From a bacterium (GTDB lineage Bacteria; Patescibacteriota; Patescibacteriia; JACQRZ01), in assembly GCA_030688365.1 (NCBI GenBank), contig JAUYIE010000020.1, positions 16,337 through 80,336 of the forward strand: a stretch of DNA of 64,000 bases, in the 5' to 3' direction. A program made the position numbers and the translations under genes. The notes under the pieces are model-generated. The model did not search any database, was not told the origin of the DNA, and saw only the letters and a list, made by a program, of their open reading frames with translations. Within the stretch, counting starts at the first letter, position 1, and every line of letters starts with the position of its first letter. Shown here piece by piece: positions 1-10,439 of this stretch.

Positions 1-135
1 ACCATGACATATACAATAATAGGGATTAACATCAAAAATACGAACAATAATAAGTCAAGTAGTATGATCAATGGATGACGACGCAAACTCAAGATAACAT
101 GCTCGTTTGGAAGTAGGTTGAGGTGTGGCATATGC

Positions 136-354
136 TTATGGATTTATGAGAGGAGTGCCCCAGTCGATTGCAAGTATATAATACCAGGAGACACCCATGA
201 TAATTATACTTCCAATCGCATATACGATTAAGAGTAATCCAGCAGCGGGCATTTCTTTTACATACGCAAGGAGATTCCAAATGATCAGTAAACTAAAGAT
301 AATCCAGAGAACAAGGAGAAGACCAAATGGGATGAGTAGGATACTTAGTGTCAT
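136..354 (-). CDS. Small hydrophobic membrane protein (72 aa), hypothetical
   Basis: ORF directly after the argS stop (4-nt gap). Two predicted TM helices. No recognisable motif. Confidence 0.35.
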   Translation of the reverse strand: MTLSILLIPFGLLLVLWIIFSLLIIWNLLAYVKEMPAAGLLLIVYAIGSIIIMGVSWYYILAIDWGTPLINP

Positions 355-357
355 ATA

Positions 358-2178
358 CTACATGTGGTCAAGAGTAGGGATGTTCAATAAATCAAGAGCG
401 TTTTGGAGGGTTCGCAATGCACTATCAATGACTGTCAACCGTGCAGTACGCGCAATGGGCGGAGCTTTAAGTACGGGTACTTCATGATAGTACTCATTGA
501 GTTTTTTGGCTAGGGTATAGGAATAGCGAGCGATTTTTGCTGGATTGTATTCAAGAGCAGACGTCCGTACCTCTTGCGGAAAAGTGGCAAGGTGTAGAAG
601 AAGTGATTTTTCTCCTTCAAAATCATATCCTTTCGGAACAGATACACCGGAATGATATTTACCTTTTTGTAAAATATTTTTAAAACGTGCATACGTATAG
701 AGCAGATATGGTCCTGTATTACCCTGAAATGATATGGACTCTTTTGGATTAAACATTACAGGATTTTGGGGGTCAGAGTGCAGAAGATAATATTTGAGAG
801 CAGCAAGCGCAATAGTATGTCCGCGGTGTTGAATTTCTTTTTTTGAAAGAGATGCTTCTCGCTGGCAAATTTCTTGTCTTGCAAGAGTCTCCAGTTCTGC
901 TAACAAATCATCAATATCCACCACCGTCCCTTCGCGTGACTTCATCTTTCCTTCCGGCAAAGTGACCATCCCGTAACTTGCGTGATAAAGTTTTTTGGCC
1001 CATTTGTAGCCGAGTATATCCAGTATGGCAAACAACTGTTTGAAATATAGATCTTGTTCGGCGCCAACCACATATACTGCGCGATCCAGTTTTAGTTGTT
1101 TGGCACGGTGGACTGCTAGATAGATATCTTGAGTGATATAGAGCGTCGTACCATCCTGGCGAAGAAGGACTTTATTTGGAAGATTATATTTTGAAAGATC
1201 CGCCATTACCGCGCCGGTCTCGTCTGTTGTAAAAATTTTCTTTTTTAGACCATTTAAAATCATATCCTTTCCTTTGGTATACATATCACTTTCTAGATAT
1301 GTATCGTCAAATGTGATTTCTAATTCTTTGTATGTTTGATTATGTCCATCAAGCGCCCATATATTCATTTTTTTCCAAAGCGCTCGTGTTTTTTTATCAT
1401 TCGCTTCCCATTTGAGCAGACAGTTTTGTGCTTCTTCAATGATCGCTTCTGATTTTTTTGCTTGTGCGTCAAACGCAACATAATAATCCCCCACAAAATG
1501 ATCTCCCTTGATTCCCGTGTTTTGCGGAGTCGGGACAGATTGCTTTTTTTCTTTGGCTTCTTGTATCGCTTCTTGATATGCAACCATAGATTTGCAGATA
1601 TGGATTCCGCGATCATTGACTACCTTTGTTTTGGTGACCGTATGACCCTGCGATATTAAGAGTTTTGCAATACTAGCACCAAGTGCGGCATTGCGTGTGT
1701 GTCCGACATGAAGGGGTTTGTTTGTATTGGGGGAAACGTACTCAATCATGATCTGTTCTTTTTGTTTTGCAGATCCTGTACCAAAATGTTTGTGTTTTAG
1801 AATCGTTGGTAATAATTCTTTTGCAAATGTATCAGGATTAAAAAAAATATTGACGTATGGTCCGGTTGCTACAATTTTTGTAATAGGTAATTTTTGTAGA
1901 GTTTTTGATTTGTTTAGGGCGATTGCTAGATCAATGGCAATCATTGGTGGTGCTTTTTTTGCAAGTATAGTAAGAGGAAAGCATGCAAACGCAATATCTC
2001 CCATCTCGGTTTGTGGTGGTTTTACAAAAGATGACGGAAATACCGTAAATGGTGTGTGGTAACAACTCGCAATACCTGTTTTAAAAAAGGAAGAAAGTGA
2101 TATAAGAAGCACATCCCACGTATCTACCATGGCGACGGAGCGCGACGGAGATTTTTTGCGCGATGCCTTCGTATTCAT
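358..2178 (-). CDS. argS: Arginyl-tRNA synthetase
   Basis: 606 aa. Class I HIGH-type motif (PLHVGHTRN). KMSK-like motif (EGKMKSREGTVV). DALR-type C-terminal region (YVVGAEQDLYFKQLFAIL). The ATG at 2178..2176 was verified. Confidence 0.88.
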   Translation of the reverse strand: MNTKASRKKSPSRSVAMVDTWDVLLISLSSFFKTGIASCYHTPFTVFPSSFVKPPQTEMGDIAFACFPLTILAKKAPPMIAIDLAIALNKSKTLQKLPITKIVATGPYVNIFFNPDTFAKELLPTILKHKHFGTGSAKQKEQIMIEYVSPNTNKPLHVGHTRNAALGASIAKLLISQGHTVTKTKVVNDRGIHICKSMVAYQEAIQEAKEKKQSVPTPQNTGIKGDHFVGDYYVAFDAQAKKSEAIIEEAQNCLLKWEANDKKTRALWKKMNIWALDGHNQTYKELEITFDDTYLESDMYTKGKDMILNGLKKKIFTTDETGAVMADLSKYNLPNKVLLRQDGTTLYITQDIYLAVHRAKQLKLDRAVYVVGAEQDLYFKQLFAILDILGYKWAKKLYHASYGMVTLPEGKMKSREGTVVDIDDLLAELETLARQEICQREASLSKKEIQHRGHTIALAALKYYLLHSDPQNPVMFNPKESISFQGNTGPYLLYTYARFKNILQKGKYHSGVSVPKGYDFEGEKSLLLHLATFPQEVRTSALEYNPAKIARYSYTLAKKLNEYYHEVPVLKAPPIARTARLTVIDSALRTLQNALDLLNIPTLDHM

Positions 2179-2305
2179 AAAGTTTCAAGTATGTTTATTT
2201 TATACTGAAATACCAAAAGATACAATACTAAAATGTCATAATTGTGCATGACAGGTTTTTGGGGTAAAATAAAACCGATGTTGGTGCTTATTACACCTCG
2301 ATCGG

Positions 2306-2512
2306 TTATTTTTTCTTTGTTTTTACCCAAAGGAAAACGACTACCCCGCCCAAGAGAATGTAAGCGATGTAATGCATCAAAAAATAAATAAAATACGAGA
2401 CTACCCTTGCTATCAAGGCAATAAGAAAGTCTTTAGCAAAGATTACTAGCAGTATAAATGCGACAAATGCGACAAAAATTACTGTTCCTATGAGATTCCA
2501 CCTACTTAACAT
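2306..2512 (-). CDS. Small membrane protein, hypothetical
   Basis: 68 aa with two TM helices. ATGA overlap with the upstream ORF, consistent with an operon. Confidence 0.4.
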   Translation of the reverse strand: MLSRWNLIGTVIFVAFVAFILLVIFAKDFLIALIARVVSYFIYFLMHYIAYILLGGVVVFLWVKTKKK

Positions 2513-2826
2513 TATTTTTTCTCCTTTTTCTTTTTACCAAATCCAAGAATTTTTTTAGCTTTCTTGACTGGTTTTGAAATCCAGAGGTAAATCCAGATCC
2601 CCAATCCTGTCATGATAGCTGTCCCCTCCAGCAGAGCTTGGTTTTGGGGTGTTATGACTGGTGGGTTAATCCAAAAGCACACTCCGATAAAGAGAATTAT
2701 GCTCCAAAGTGCTCTTTTTGGGGTCTGAGAACACCAACTGAAAATCCATTTTGTTAGTGTCCATATCTTTTTTGAAACAAACTTTCCTGCTGTTGCCAAA
2801 AATTCTAATATTTCTGCTTTATTCAT
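2512..2826 (-). CDS. Small membrane protein, hypothetical
   Basis: 104 aa with two or three TM helices and a Lys-rich tail. Confidence 0.4.
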   Translation of the reverse strand: MNKAEILEFLATAGKFVSKKIWTLTKWIFSWCSQTPKRALWSIILFIGVCFWINPPVITPQNQALLEGTAIMTGLGIWIYLWISKPVKKAKKILGFGKKKKEKK

Positions 2827-2920
2827 GATGTTTTCCTCTCAAGACATCAATATCCGTCTAGCTCTCTTGTAAAGAACCAACACTAAACATATACTATATT
2901 TATACACTTTTGTCAATACT

Positions 2921-3607
2921 ATGCTTACTAAAAATCAGGAAAAACTTATCGCGTCACTTCAGACCCAAAAAGGTCGCGAGTTAGAGGGTTTATGCCTTGT
3001 AGAGGGGAAAAAGGTCATTGAAACAGCGGGGAAAGCTGTACTTTTTACGTTTACATCAAAAGATACAAAACAATTTAAAAAGCTGGTGACTACAGAAACA
3101 CCACAAGACCTTGCCGGGGTGGCGACGATACCGACATGGACTATCAAGGATATAACCAAATCCTCTACTATTGTCGTTTTGGATGGAATACAAGATCCAG
3201 GGAATGTGGGAAGTATACTGCGTCTCTGCTTGGGTTTTGATGCTTCACTGGTACTTATTGAATCTGCGGATATCACAAGTCCAAAAGTCGTCCGTGCATC
3301 TGCCGGTACTATGTTTTCCGTGCCGTGGATTGAGTGCGCGCGTAAAGGCGCGGATGAGCTGATACACAAAATCAATCGTCCTGTGTATCGTCTTGAAGCA
3401 CGCAAAGGTGCGACCGTAGTTTCAAACGAATCTATAAAAAAATTGGAAAACAAAGTTATCATCATTGCGGGGTCGGAAGGATCAGGGATCACACTGCCTG
3501 TCGCCGGTACGTCTTTACGAATCCCTCATGATGCTGATTTGGAATCCCTTAATGTCGGACACTCTCTCGCTATACTTTTAGCGATGAGATATATATCACG
3601 CTCGTGA
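2921..3607 (+). CDS. TrmH/SpoU-family (SPOUT) RNA 2'-O-methyltransferase
   Basis: SPOUT motifs present: LVLDGIQDPGNVGSILRL, SAGTMFSVPW and IIAGSEGSGI. Confidence 0.8.
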   Translation: MLTKNQEKLIASLQTQKGRELEGLCLVEGKKVIETAGKAVLFTFTSKDTKQFKKLVTTETPQDLAGVATIPTWTIKDITKSSTIVVLDGIQDPGNVGSILRLCLGFDASLVLIESADITSPKVVRASAGTMFSVPWIECARKGADELIHKINRPVYRLEARKGATVVSNESIKKLENKVIIIAGSEGSGITLPVAGTSLRIPHDADLESLNVGHSLAILLAMRYISRS

Positions 3608-4150
3608 AGGTAACGCTTCAGCGACATCGTCCCATATGTTAGTTAGCAAGGTTTGTACTTCTTGTTCTTCTTTGCTGAGTTCTGGTGTATTTTTATTTTC
3701 AGCTGATTTTGAAAAGGGATAGGTTCCATCGCCGAATGATCTAAGTGAAAAGGTTATCTCATCTTTTTTGCAAAAAGATTTTAACGGCGGTGACTACTTG
3801 GGGTTCAATCATTTCCCAATATATATTCTCTCCTAAAAGTGCTTTTTCTTCTTCTGTTTGTTCAAGACTATTTTTTTCGCGATTAGTCCATTGTTCTTGT
3901 CGTTGTTTGATAATCTTTTTTCGCAAGATTGCATATTGTGATTCCATTAGTATGTCTTTATAACATTCGGCATCATTCGCATATAGGGTTGTAAATTCCT
4001 CTGATTTGTTTTTTTTTAAGTTGTGTCATAAACGCATGAAGTTCATGCTCATCAGCATTTTCTAAAAGACGTACAATCTCAACGCCTTGGTTAAGGTTAT
4101 AGCCAGCTAGTATTTGTTCTGGCGTTGATTGTGTTGGTATCTCGTACATA
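3599..4150 (-). pseudogene. Fragmented reading frames downstream of tyrS (possible frameshifted hypothetical gene)
   Basis: Three contiguous minus-strand ORF fragments in different frames. An ATG at 4150 sits 14 nt after the tyrS stop. No fragment has a recognisable domain. Sequencing error cannot be excluded. Confidence 0.25.
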
Positions 4151-4163
4151 ATTTATTGTGTTA

Positions 4164-5360
4164 TTACCCCATCACTTTCACGAAATACCTCTTCCCTTTT
4201 TGGATGATTGTTCCTTTCGCAGGGATAGTGATTGAGTATTTAATATCATCTACAATTTCATCGTCTATTTTCACTGACTTTTGTTTGATCAGAGCGCGTG
4301 CGTCCGTTGTGCTCGTTGCGAGTTTTGTTTCTACTAGTGCATTTATAAGAGAAATGTTTTTCTTTGCGATTTTGAAGACAGGTATTTCATCCGGTCGTTT
4401 TTGTTGCTGAAATACTTGGATAAATTGTGCTTCTGCTTGTTCACTGTCTTTTTTGCTGTGATACATCGTGGTGATTTCTCGCGCAAGAAACATTTTTGCA
4501 TCACGTGGATTGAGTGTACCGGCTTTAATATCATGAGACATCTTGCTGATTTCTTTTTCCGGAATTTTTGTTGCAAGGTCAAAGTATTTCCACATGATCT
4601 TATCCGATATAGACATCACCTTGCCATACATATCGGCTGGTACATCAGTGATATTGATGGTGTTGCCCAAACTTTTTGACATTTTTTCATTACCATCAGT
4701 GCCGGGGATGTAAGGAAATAAAATCACATCTTGCTCTGGCATGCCGTGGCTGTGTTGTACTTCCCTGCCCATCAGTACATTAAATTTTTGATCCATGCCA
4801 CCGAGTTCAACATCCGCCTTGATCATCACCGAGTCATATCCTTGCATGAGCGGATACAATATTTCTTGTGCGTGGAGTGGTTGATTTTTTTTCAGGCGCT
4901 CACCAAAGGTTTCGTGTGCCAAAAGACGATTGAGTGTAGTGGTCGCCATGAGTTCAATCACGTCGCGTAAGGTAAATTTTGAAAACCATTCGGAATTACG
5001 GTGTACCTCTGTCTTCTTTTTATCAAGAATACTAAATACTTGCGTGAGATACATATCCGCATTGCGTTTTGTTTCTTCGTGGCTTATGAGCTTGCGTGCC
5101 TCCGATCGATCAGACGGATCACCAAGTTGTGCGGTGTAGTCGCCCAAGATAAGGACTGCGGTATGTCCCGCGTCTTGAAACTCACGAAGTTTATGAAGCG
5201 GTACAGTGTGGCCAATATGGATTTGTGGCTTGTTGGCATCAATACCGTACTTGATACGAAGTTTCTCGCCTTTTTTGAGACGCGCTTCAAGGTGTTTGCG
5301 ATCAATCACTTCTGCGACTCCGCGCGAAAGAAGAGAATGAATAGGATCGTTGTGTGTCAT
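4164..5360 (-). CDS. tyrS: Tyrosyl-tRNA synthetase
   Basis: HIGH motif (PQIHIGHT). KMSKS motif (KMSKSLGN). TyrRS-like signature (LILGDYTAQLGDPS). C-terminal S4-like domain. Confidence 0.88.
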   Translation of the reverse strand: MTHNDPIHSLLSRGVAEVIDRKHLEARLKKGEKLRIKYGIDANKPQIHIGHTVPLHKLREFQDAGHTAVLILGDYTAQLGDPSDRSEARKLISHEETKRNADMYLTQVFSILDKKKTEVHRNSEWFSKFTLRDVIELMATTTLNRLLAHETFGERLKKNQPLHAQEILYPLMQGYDSVMIKADVELGGMDQKFNVLMGREVQHSHGMPEQDVILFPYIPGTDGNEKMSKSLGNTINITDVPADMYGKVMSISDKIMWKYFDLATKIPEKEISKMSHDIKAGTLNPRDAKMFLAREITTMYHSKKDSEQAEAQFIQVFQQQKRPDEIPVFKIAKKNISLINALVETKLATSTTDARALIKQKSVKIDDEIVDDIKYSITIPAKGTIIQKGKRYFVKVMG

Positions 5361-5389
5361 ATATGATGAGTACTCATTAAGTACTTTTA

Positions 5390-8188
5390 TTATATCAGTC
5401 TTTTGCGTTGTTCTTGCATGCGTACGAGCTCATCTTGATAGTTGGCGACTTTTTGATGCAAATCTTGGACGATATGTTCCGGTGCTTTAGCCACAAACTC
5501 TTGGTTTGCGAGTTGTCCGTTTGTTTTTCCAATAAGAGATTCTATGTTGATGATTTCTTTATCAAGACGTGTCTTTTCTTCTTCAATCTTCATGGAAGTC
5601 AACGGGATATATATCTCAATGTCTTCTGTTGTAAGAAACAACGCGCTGTGCGGTTTTTTTCCGCTATCTTGTATAGTGAGTTGTCCGGCATGTGTAAGTC
5701 GTGTGATGGTATCTATGTGTGGTGTAAGAAATGCGCTTTTGTGCGGAGTGTAAAAAATCAGATTGATTTTTTCACCAGCGGATATGTGATTTTCTGATCG
5801 TGCATTACGTATGGTTTGGACGATTTTTTGTAATGATAAAAATTCTTGTTCTATTTTTTCGTCTATAGCTGACGAGTTTGATTGTGGCCATGCGCGTACC
5901 ATAAGCAGTGCAGGTCGGTCAGGGTGTGTGGGTGGAAATGAAGACAATGCAAGACGATATATCTCTTCTGTGACAAATGGCGCCATCGGATGCCATAAGA
6001 CTAGTAATACCTCAAGAATAGAAAGTAGCAATGCGCGCTTATCCCCCTCCACTTTACTTATCTCAACATACCAATCTGCAAAATCATCCCATGTGAATAC
6101 TCGTAGTAATTCTGCTGCATGAGAAAATTCATAGTGTTCAATAGATTTTGAAACCTCTGCGATAAGATTGTTGAGTCGGCTGATGATCCATCGGTCTGCA
6201 AGAGTATATTGCGGTTTTTTTGCTGTTTTTTCGGATTTTTCCTCGTTACCAGTGAAGGTCAAAATGTATCTACTAATATTCCATAGTTTGTTTACGAAAT
6301 TTCGATAGCTCTCGACCTTGTCTTGGGAAAGTCGCATACTATTTCCTGGTGTCACGCCGATTAACAAACTTAACCTCAATGCATCTGTACCATATTTTTC
6401 GATCATCTCAAGAGGATCAATAGCAGTTTCTTCATGAGACTTGCTCATCTTTCGTCCATTTTTATCCAAAACCATCCCATGAAGATAGATTGTTTTAAAT
6501 GGCGCTTCATCAAGCGCGTATTCCGTCATCAAGATCATTCTGTTTACCCAAAAGGTGAGGATATCCCACATGGTATCCAAAACAGTAGTAGGATGAAAAG
6601 TAGCCAAATCACCTTTTTTAATAATTTTTCCATCTTTTTCTTCTGCATTGTCTGGCCAGCCCATCGTACTAAACGTCCACATACCGGATGAAAACCAGGT
6701 ATCAAGTGTATCTTCTTCGGGTGTGGGTTTTGTGTTGCTACATTTTGGACACTGTAGCGGTTCTTCTACACTGACGATTGTCTCACCGCATCCTCCATTT
6801 TCCGGCAAACAATAGGATACAGGGATTTGATGGCCAAACCATATTTGTCGCGAAATACACCAATCACGAAGATTTTCCGTCCATTGAAAATATTGTTTTT
6901 CAAATCGTTGTGGGATTATTTGAATATCTTTTGAATGTATTGCACGAAGTCCCATCTCTTTAAGAGATTCATTATGGCGAGGGGTTTTTTTGTTAACATC
7001 AATAAACCATTGCAAGGAAGTAATTGGCTCAATGATAGTATCGCAACGATAACAGACGCCGACGCTATTTGAATATGTTTTCTTTTTTTCAAATAGACCT
7101 GCGGTCTGCAGTGCTGATATGACTGCTTCTCTCGCAGTGTAGCGATCCATACCTTCAAATTGCTGAATAGACGAAAGATCGTGGTTTGCCTTTCTTAAAG
7201 AATCAAAGTTGATTTTGGCTTCGTCATCAAGTATGCGATATGTCGGTAGGTTGTATTTTCTACCGATTTCAAAATCGTTCGGATCATGCGCGGGGGTGAT
7301 TTTGAGTGAACCGGTACCAAACTCCATATCCACATATTCATCTGCAATGACAGGAATATCACGATTGGCAAGCGGAAGTGTTACGACATTACCAATGTAC
7401 TGTTGATAGCGCGGGTCGTTTGGATTGACGGCGACCGCAACATCGCCAAGCATTGTTTCGGGGCGCGTTGTGGCTACGGTAAGAAATGCCTCACTATTTT
7501 TTATAGGATATTTGATGTAGTACAATATGCCTTCCTGGTCTTTATGATTTACCTCATCATCTGCCAAAGTGGACATACAACGAGGACACCAGTTGACAAT
7601 GCGTGTTCCACGATATATCAGATCGTCTTTGTACATACGAGCAAACATTGTGCGCACTGCCTTTGTCATGGCGGGTTCCAAGGTATACCGTTCTCTGCTC
7701 CAATCACAACTCGCGCCTAGAAGCCGTCCTTGATTACTGATATCACTACGCGATTGTTCTACATATTGAGATACGCGTTCAAGGAATTTTTCACGGCCGA
7801 GATCATGGCGAGAGATACCTTCCTTTGCAAGAAGTTTTTCTACTTTATTTGTGCTCGCGATGGATGCGTGGTCAGTACCGGGAAGCCATAGTGTCTTATC
7901 TCCTTTCATGCGGTGATAGCGAGTCATGAGATCTTCCAGTACATACCCTAGCGCATGACCGGTATGAAGTCTGCCTGTCGCGTTTGGCGGGGGCATGATG
8001 ATACAAAAAGGATTCTTGGCCTCCGGGTAGGCATCAGGATTAAAAAGACCGGAATCCAACCATGCCTTGTAGGTGCGATTTTCGACATTTTGAGGCTCGT
8101 AAGCTTTGGGAAGCTCGTTTGATGATTCCATAGCGAAAAAGATAAGAAATACTACACAAATAGTACCAAGCAATGGCTTTAGAGGCAA
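5390..8188 (-). CDS. valS: Valyl-tRNA synthetase
   Basis: 932 aa. PPPNATGRLHTGHAL HIGH region. KMSKS motif. Editing-domain-sized insert. Characteristic C-terminal coiled coil. Confidence 0.92.
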   Translation of the reverse strand: MPLKPLLGTICVVFLIFFAMESSNELPKAYEPQNVENRTYKAWLDSGLFNPDAYPEAKNPFCIIMPPPNATGRLHTGHALGYVLEDLMTRYHRMKGDKTLWLPGTDHASIASTNKVEKLLAKEGISRHDLGREKFLERVSQYVEQSRSDISNQGRLLGASCDWSRERYTLEPAMTKAVRTMFARMYKDDLIYRGTRIVNWCPRCMSTLADDEVNHKDQEGILYYIKYPIKNSEAFLTVATTRPETMLGDVAVAVNPNDPRYQQYIGNVVTLPLANRDIPVIADEYVDMEFGTGSLKITPAHDPNDFEIGRKYNLPTYRILDDEAKINFDSLRKANHDLSSIQQFEGMDRYTAREAVISALQTAGLFEKKKTYSNSVGVCYRCDTIIEPITSLQWFIDVNKKTPRHNESLKEMGLRAIHSKDIQIIPQRFEKQYFQWTENLRDWCISRQIWFGHQIPVSYCLPENGGCGETIVSVEEPLQCPKCSNTKPTPEEDTLDTWFSSGMWTFSTMGWPDNAEEKDGKIIKKGDLATFHPTTVLDTMWDILTFWVNRMILMTEYALDEAPFKTIYLHGMVLDKNGRKMSKSHEETAIDPLEMIEKYGTDALRLSLLIGVTPGNSMRLSQDKVESYRNFVNKLWNISRYILTFTGNEEKSEKTAKKPQYTLADRWIISRLNNLIAEVSKSIEHYEFSHAAELLRVFTWDDFADWYVEISKVEGDKRALLLSILEVLLVLWHPMAPFVTEEIYRLALSSFPPTHPDRPALLMVRAWPQSNSSAIDEKIEQEFLSLQKIVQTIRNARSENHISAGEKINLIFYTPHKSAFLTPHIDTITRLTHAGQLTIQDSGKKPHSALFLTTEDIEIYIPLTSMKIEEEKTRLDKEIINIESLIGKTNGQLANQEFVAKAPEHIVQDLHQKVANYQDELVRMQEQRKRLI

Positions 8189-8510
8189 ATAATGGCTAAA
8201 TTATAGAAAAAACTCTATTATTTATGAGTTTTGACATTAGACACTTGACAAAATGGGAAAAACCTGATAGTTTGTATGTAGGTTGAGAGTTATATCAGTG
8301 AACATGATGTCGACCATGTTCGGATGGAGTAAAAAAAATGAAGCATTTTTCAAATTATTTTGTTTACCGATCGGGACGTGTTTTATGTTCAATTGGTAAA
8401 AATTCTGGAGGCTAACGGTAATGGGTTAATCTCCTAAAAAAAGGTCTGACAGATCACAGAATACCATTAATATGGTAAATCTATGGCTCTCGTCGGACCT
8501 CTTTTCTTTT

Positions 8511-9245
8511 CTAAATTTTCTTCAAGGATTTTAAAGCAAGTTCAAAAACAATCAATAGAGTTTTTGCTATAGCGTCACTTTCAATGATGACAGAATTCAT
8601 TTTACCCTCAAAAGTGATGAAAGCGATTTTTTTATCTACGATCAATATCTCTGAATTGAAATGGGGATATTCAGCCGGAAGTTTAGTCGTATGAGCTATG
8701 CTTGCTGAGCCCGGCTCCCCAATAGCAAGATACTCAAGCTTTGTGTTATTTCTTTTAATTGCATCTTTGAATGGTTGCGTATCTTCTGGCGTAAGTATTT
8801 GTTTGACGGCATCAAAGTCAGTAATACCAAGAATTCTTTTTGGTTTTGAACCTTCAATATCTTCCAGTATCGCCTTAATCCCCTCTTTACCCTCAAACAT
8901 TTTTACTACCGGATGTTCACCTCGTGCCTTGAGTTTGAGTTCAGGCAAAACCCGTGATAAATCACCGATCTTTTCTTTCATCTCCTGTTGCTTACGTTCC
9001 GCATACGCGAGTAGTTTTTCAGGATCCTCTGATACGTAATATTTCTTTTTTCCTTTTAAAACACTGGACATCAATCCACGCTTGGTGAGGATCTCAATAG
9101 CAACATATGTCGCTTGTCGAGAAAGCTTCGTGAGCTTGGTCAGGTCAATCACTGTCCCTGGTCCATGCTCAAGGGATGCCGTGTAGGTATTGATTTCGCT
9201 ATCTACAAAGCCCAGTGAGTGCAAAATAGAAGTAATGTGTTGCAT
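8511..9245 (-). CDS. TrmB-like winged-HTH transcriptional regulator
   Basis: The N-terminal 80 aa resemble TrmB-family HTH domains (LTKLSRQATYVAIEILTKRGL). It is paralogous in architecture to the 9436..10299 protein. Confidence 0.5.
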   Translation of the reverse strand: MQHITSILHSLGFVDSEINTYTASLEHGPGTVIDLTKLTKLSRQATYVAIEILTKRGLMSSVLKGKKKYYVSEDPEKLLAYAERKQQEMKEKIGDLSRVLPELKLKARGEHPVVKMFEGKEGIKAILEDIEGSKPKRILGITDFDAVKQILTPEDTQPFKDAIKRNNTKLEYLAIGEPGSASIAHTTKLPAEYPHFNSEILIVDKKIAFITFEGKMNSVIIESDAIAKTLLIVFELALKSLKKI

Positions 9246-9347
9246 AAGAGGGATATATAATACTTATGACTGCGAATATTGTACCATAGTATACCCACAT
9301 TGTTTACTTTTGACAATGGACGCCCTTGGCCGTATCATAAGGGGCAT

Positions 9348-9424
9348 GCGCGCATAGCTCAGCCGGTTAGAGCAGAGATCTTATAAGTCTCAGGTCGGTG
9401 GTTCGAGTCCACCTGCGCGCACCA
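9348..9424 (+). tRNA. tRNA-Ile, anticodon UAU
   Basis: Manual cloverleaf. Acceptor GCGCGCA/TGCGCGC. D-stem GCTC/GAGC. Anticodon stem GAGAT/GTCTC with loop CTTATAA. T-stem GGTGG/CCACC. Discriminator A and an encoded CCA. Confidence 0.8.
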
Positions 9425-9435
9425 GAGAAAGTCTT

Positions 9436-10299
9436 CTATATTATTGAGGGCTTTTTTGATTCAATCTCGTCCCAGATTCCTTTGAAAAGATGTCGCATAC
9501 TATCTGCAATGGTCTTGTCGTATAGTTCAATAAGATAGAAAGGGTGTTGGCGGGTATTTACAAATACTACATAATCACCATTAACCCATGTTGATGACTG
9601 AAAATTTGCACCTTTTTTCCAAAACAGCAAGTTTCTTCGGTTATAATCACGCGGTTTCATTATTTTTGTTTCAAATTCGGATTCATTTGTGAGCATATTT
9701 AGAGATACATTCTGCGAGAAAGGTTGTTTCCATTGCCAGTCAATCCATTTTACGTATTCTGTTGCAAAGGTATGATCTTGAAAACCCCAGAATATCCCAT
9801 CTCTTTCAAGTAAACTCTCACTCCATATTGGCAATCTTGAATATAAATAATTTTCTAGCTGTTCTTCGGAGATAAAAATGAGCTTTGGGATGTGATATGG
9901 TGCGTCCTTCGTTGCCTCCTGAAGTTGGGTAATTGCTTGTGTGATAAGGTTTTTTTGAATATCAAGTTTTTCTTCCTCTTGTTTAGTGAGGTTAGCAAGA
10001 TCTTGGAGCGGTAGTGCAACCAAATATGTCTTAGTACTCCCCAAATCCTCGGCAATTATGCCTTTTTTGATCAAATCAGAGGCGACGCTATATACCGTGG
10101 TACGGTTTATACCTGTTTCCTTGGCTATCTGAGTAGGTGTCGTCTTGCCAGCATGTAGTATGGCCAAATAAATTTTGGCCTCTTTATCACTAAAACCCAG
10201 TTGTTTGAGTATTTCTTGTGGCATATTTGAGTATATAATAGTATGTTGTTGGAATACTGTCAACAATATATCCTTTATGTCATAATATTTTTTATACAA
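9436..10299 (-). CDS. TrmB-like winged-HTH transcriptional regulator (paralog)
   Basis: N-terminal motif ILKQLGFSDKEAKIYLAILHAGKTTPTQIAKETGINRTTVYSVASDLIKKGII is a typical TrmB-family HTH. Confidence 0.55.
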   Translation of the reverse strand: MYKKYYDIKDILLTVFQQHTIIYSNMPQEILKQLGFSDKEAKIYLAILHAGKTTPTQIAKETGINRTTVYSVASDLIKKGIIAEDLGSTKTYLVALPLQDLANLTKQEEEKLDIQKNLITQAITQLQEATKDAPYHIPKLIFISEEQLENYLYSRLPIWSESLLERDGIFWGFQDHTFATEYVKWIDWQWKQPFSQNVSLNMLTNESEFETKIMKPRDYNRRNLLFWKKGANFQSSTWVNGDYVVFVNTRQHPFYLIELYDKTIADSMRHLFKGIWDEIESKKPSII

Positions 10300-10405
10300 A
10301 AAGGAAATATTGGTCTAAAAACTGTTGGAAGACTATTGACAATCTGTTGGATTCGTGGTATACTTCTCTTTGTTGAGTTAGTTGAAAACAAAAATAATAT
10401 TATAT

Positions 10406-10423
10406 ATGTTCCACGTGGAACAT
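10406..10423. promoter_or_regulatory. parS-like perfect palindrome, site 1 (ATGTTCCACGTGGAACAT)
   Basis: Read directly from the sequence. It lies 16 nt upstream of the zinc-ribbon gene start, overlapping the promoter/RBS region. Confidence 0.6.
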
Positions 10424-10439
10424 TAAAGGAGAAATCGAG

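Noticed and set aside
8189-8510. T-box leader upstream of valS (and other aaRS genes)
   Set aside because: No AGGGUGGNACCGCG-type T-box core or specifier-loop architecture is recognisable on the minus strand. Only a small palindrome (GAACATG-ATGTCGAC-CATGTTC) is present.
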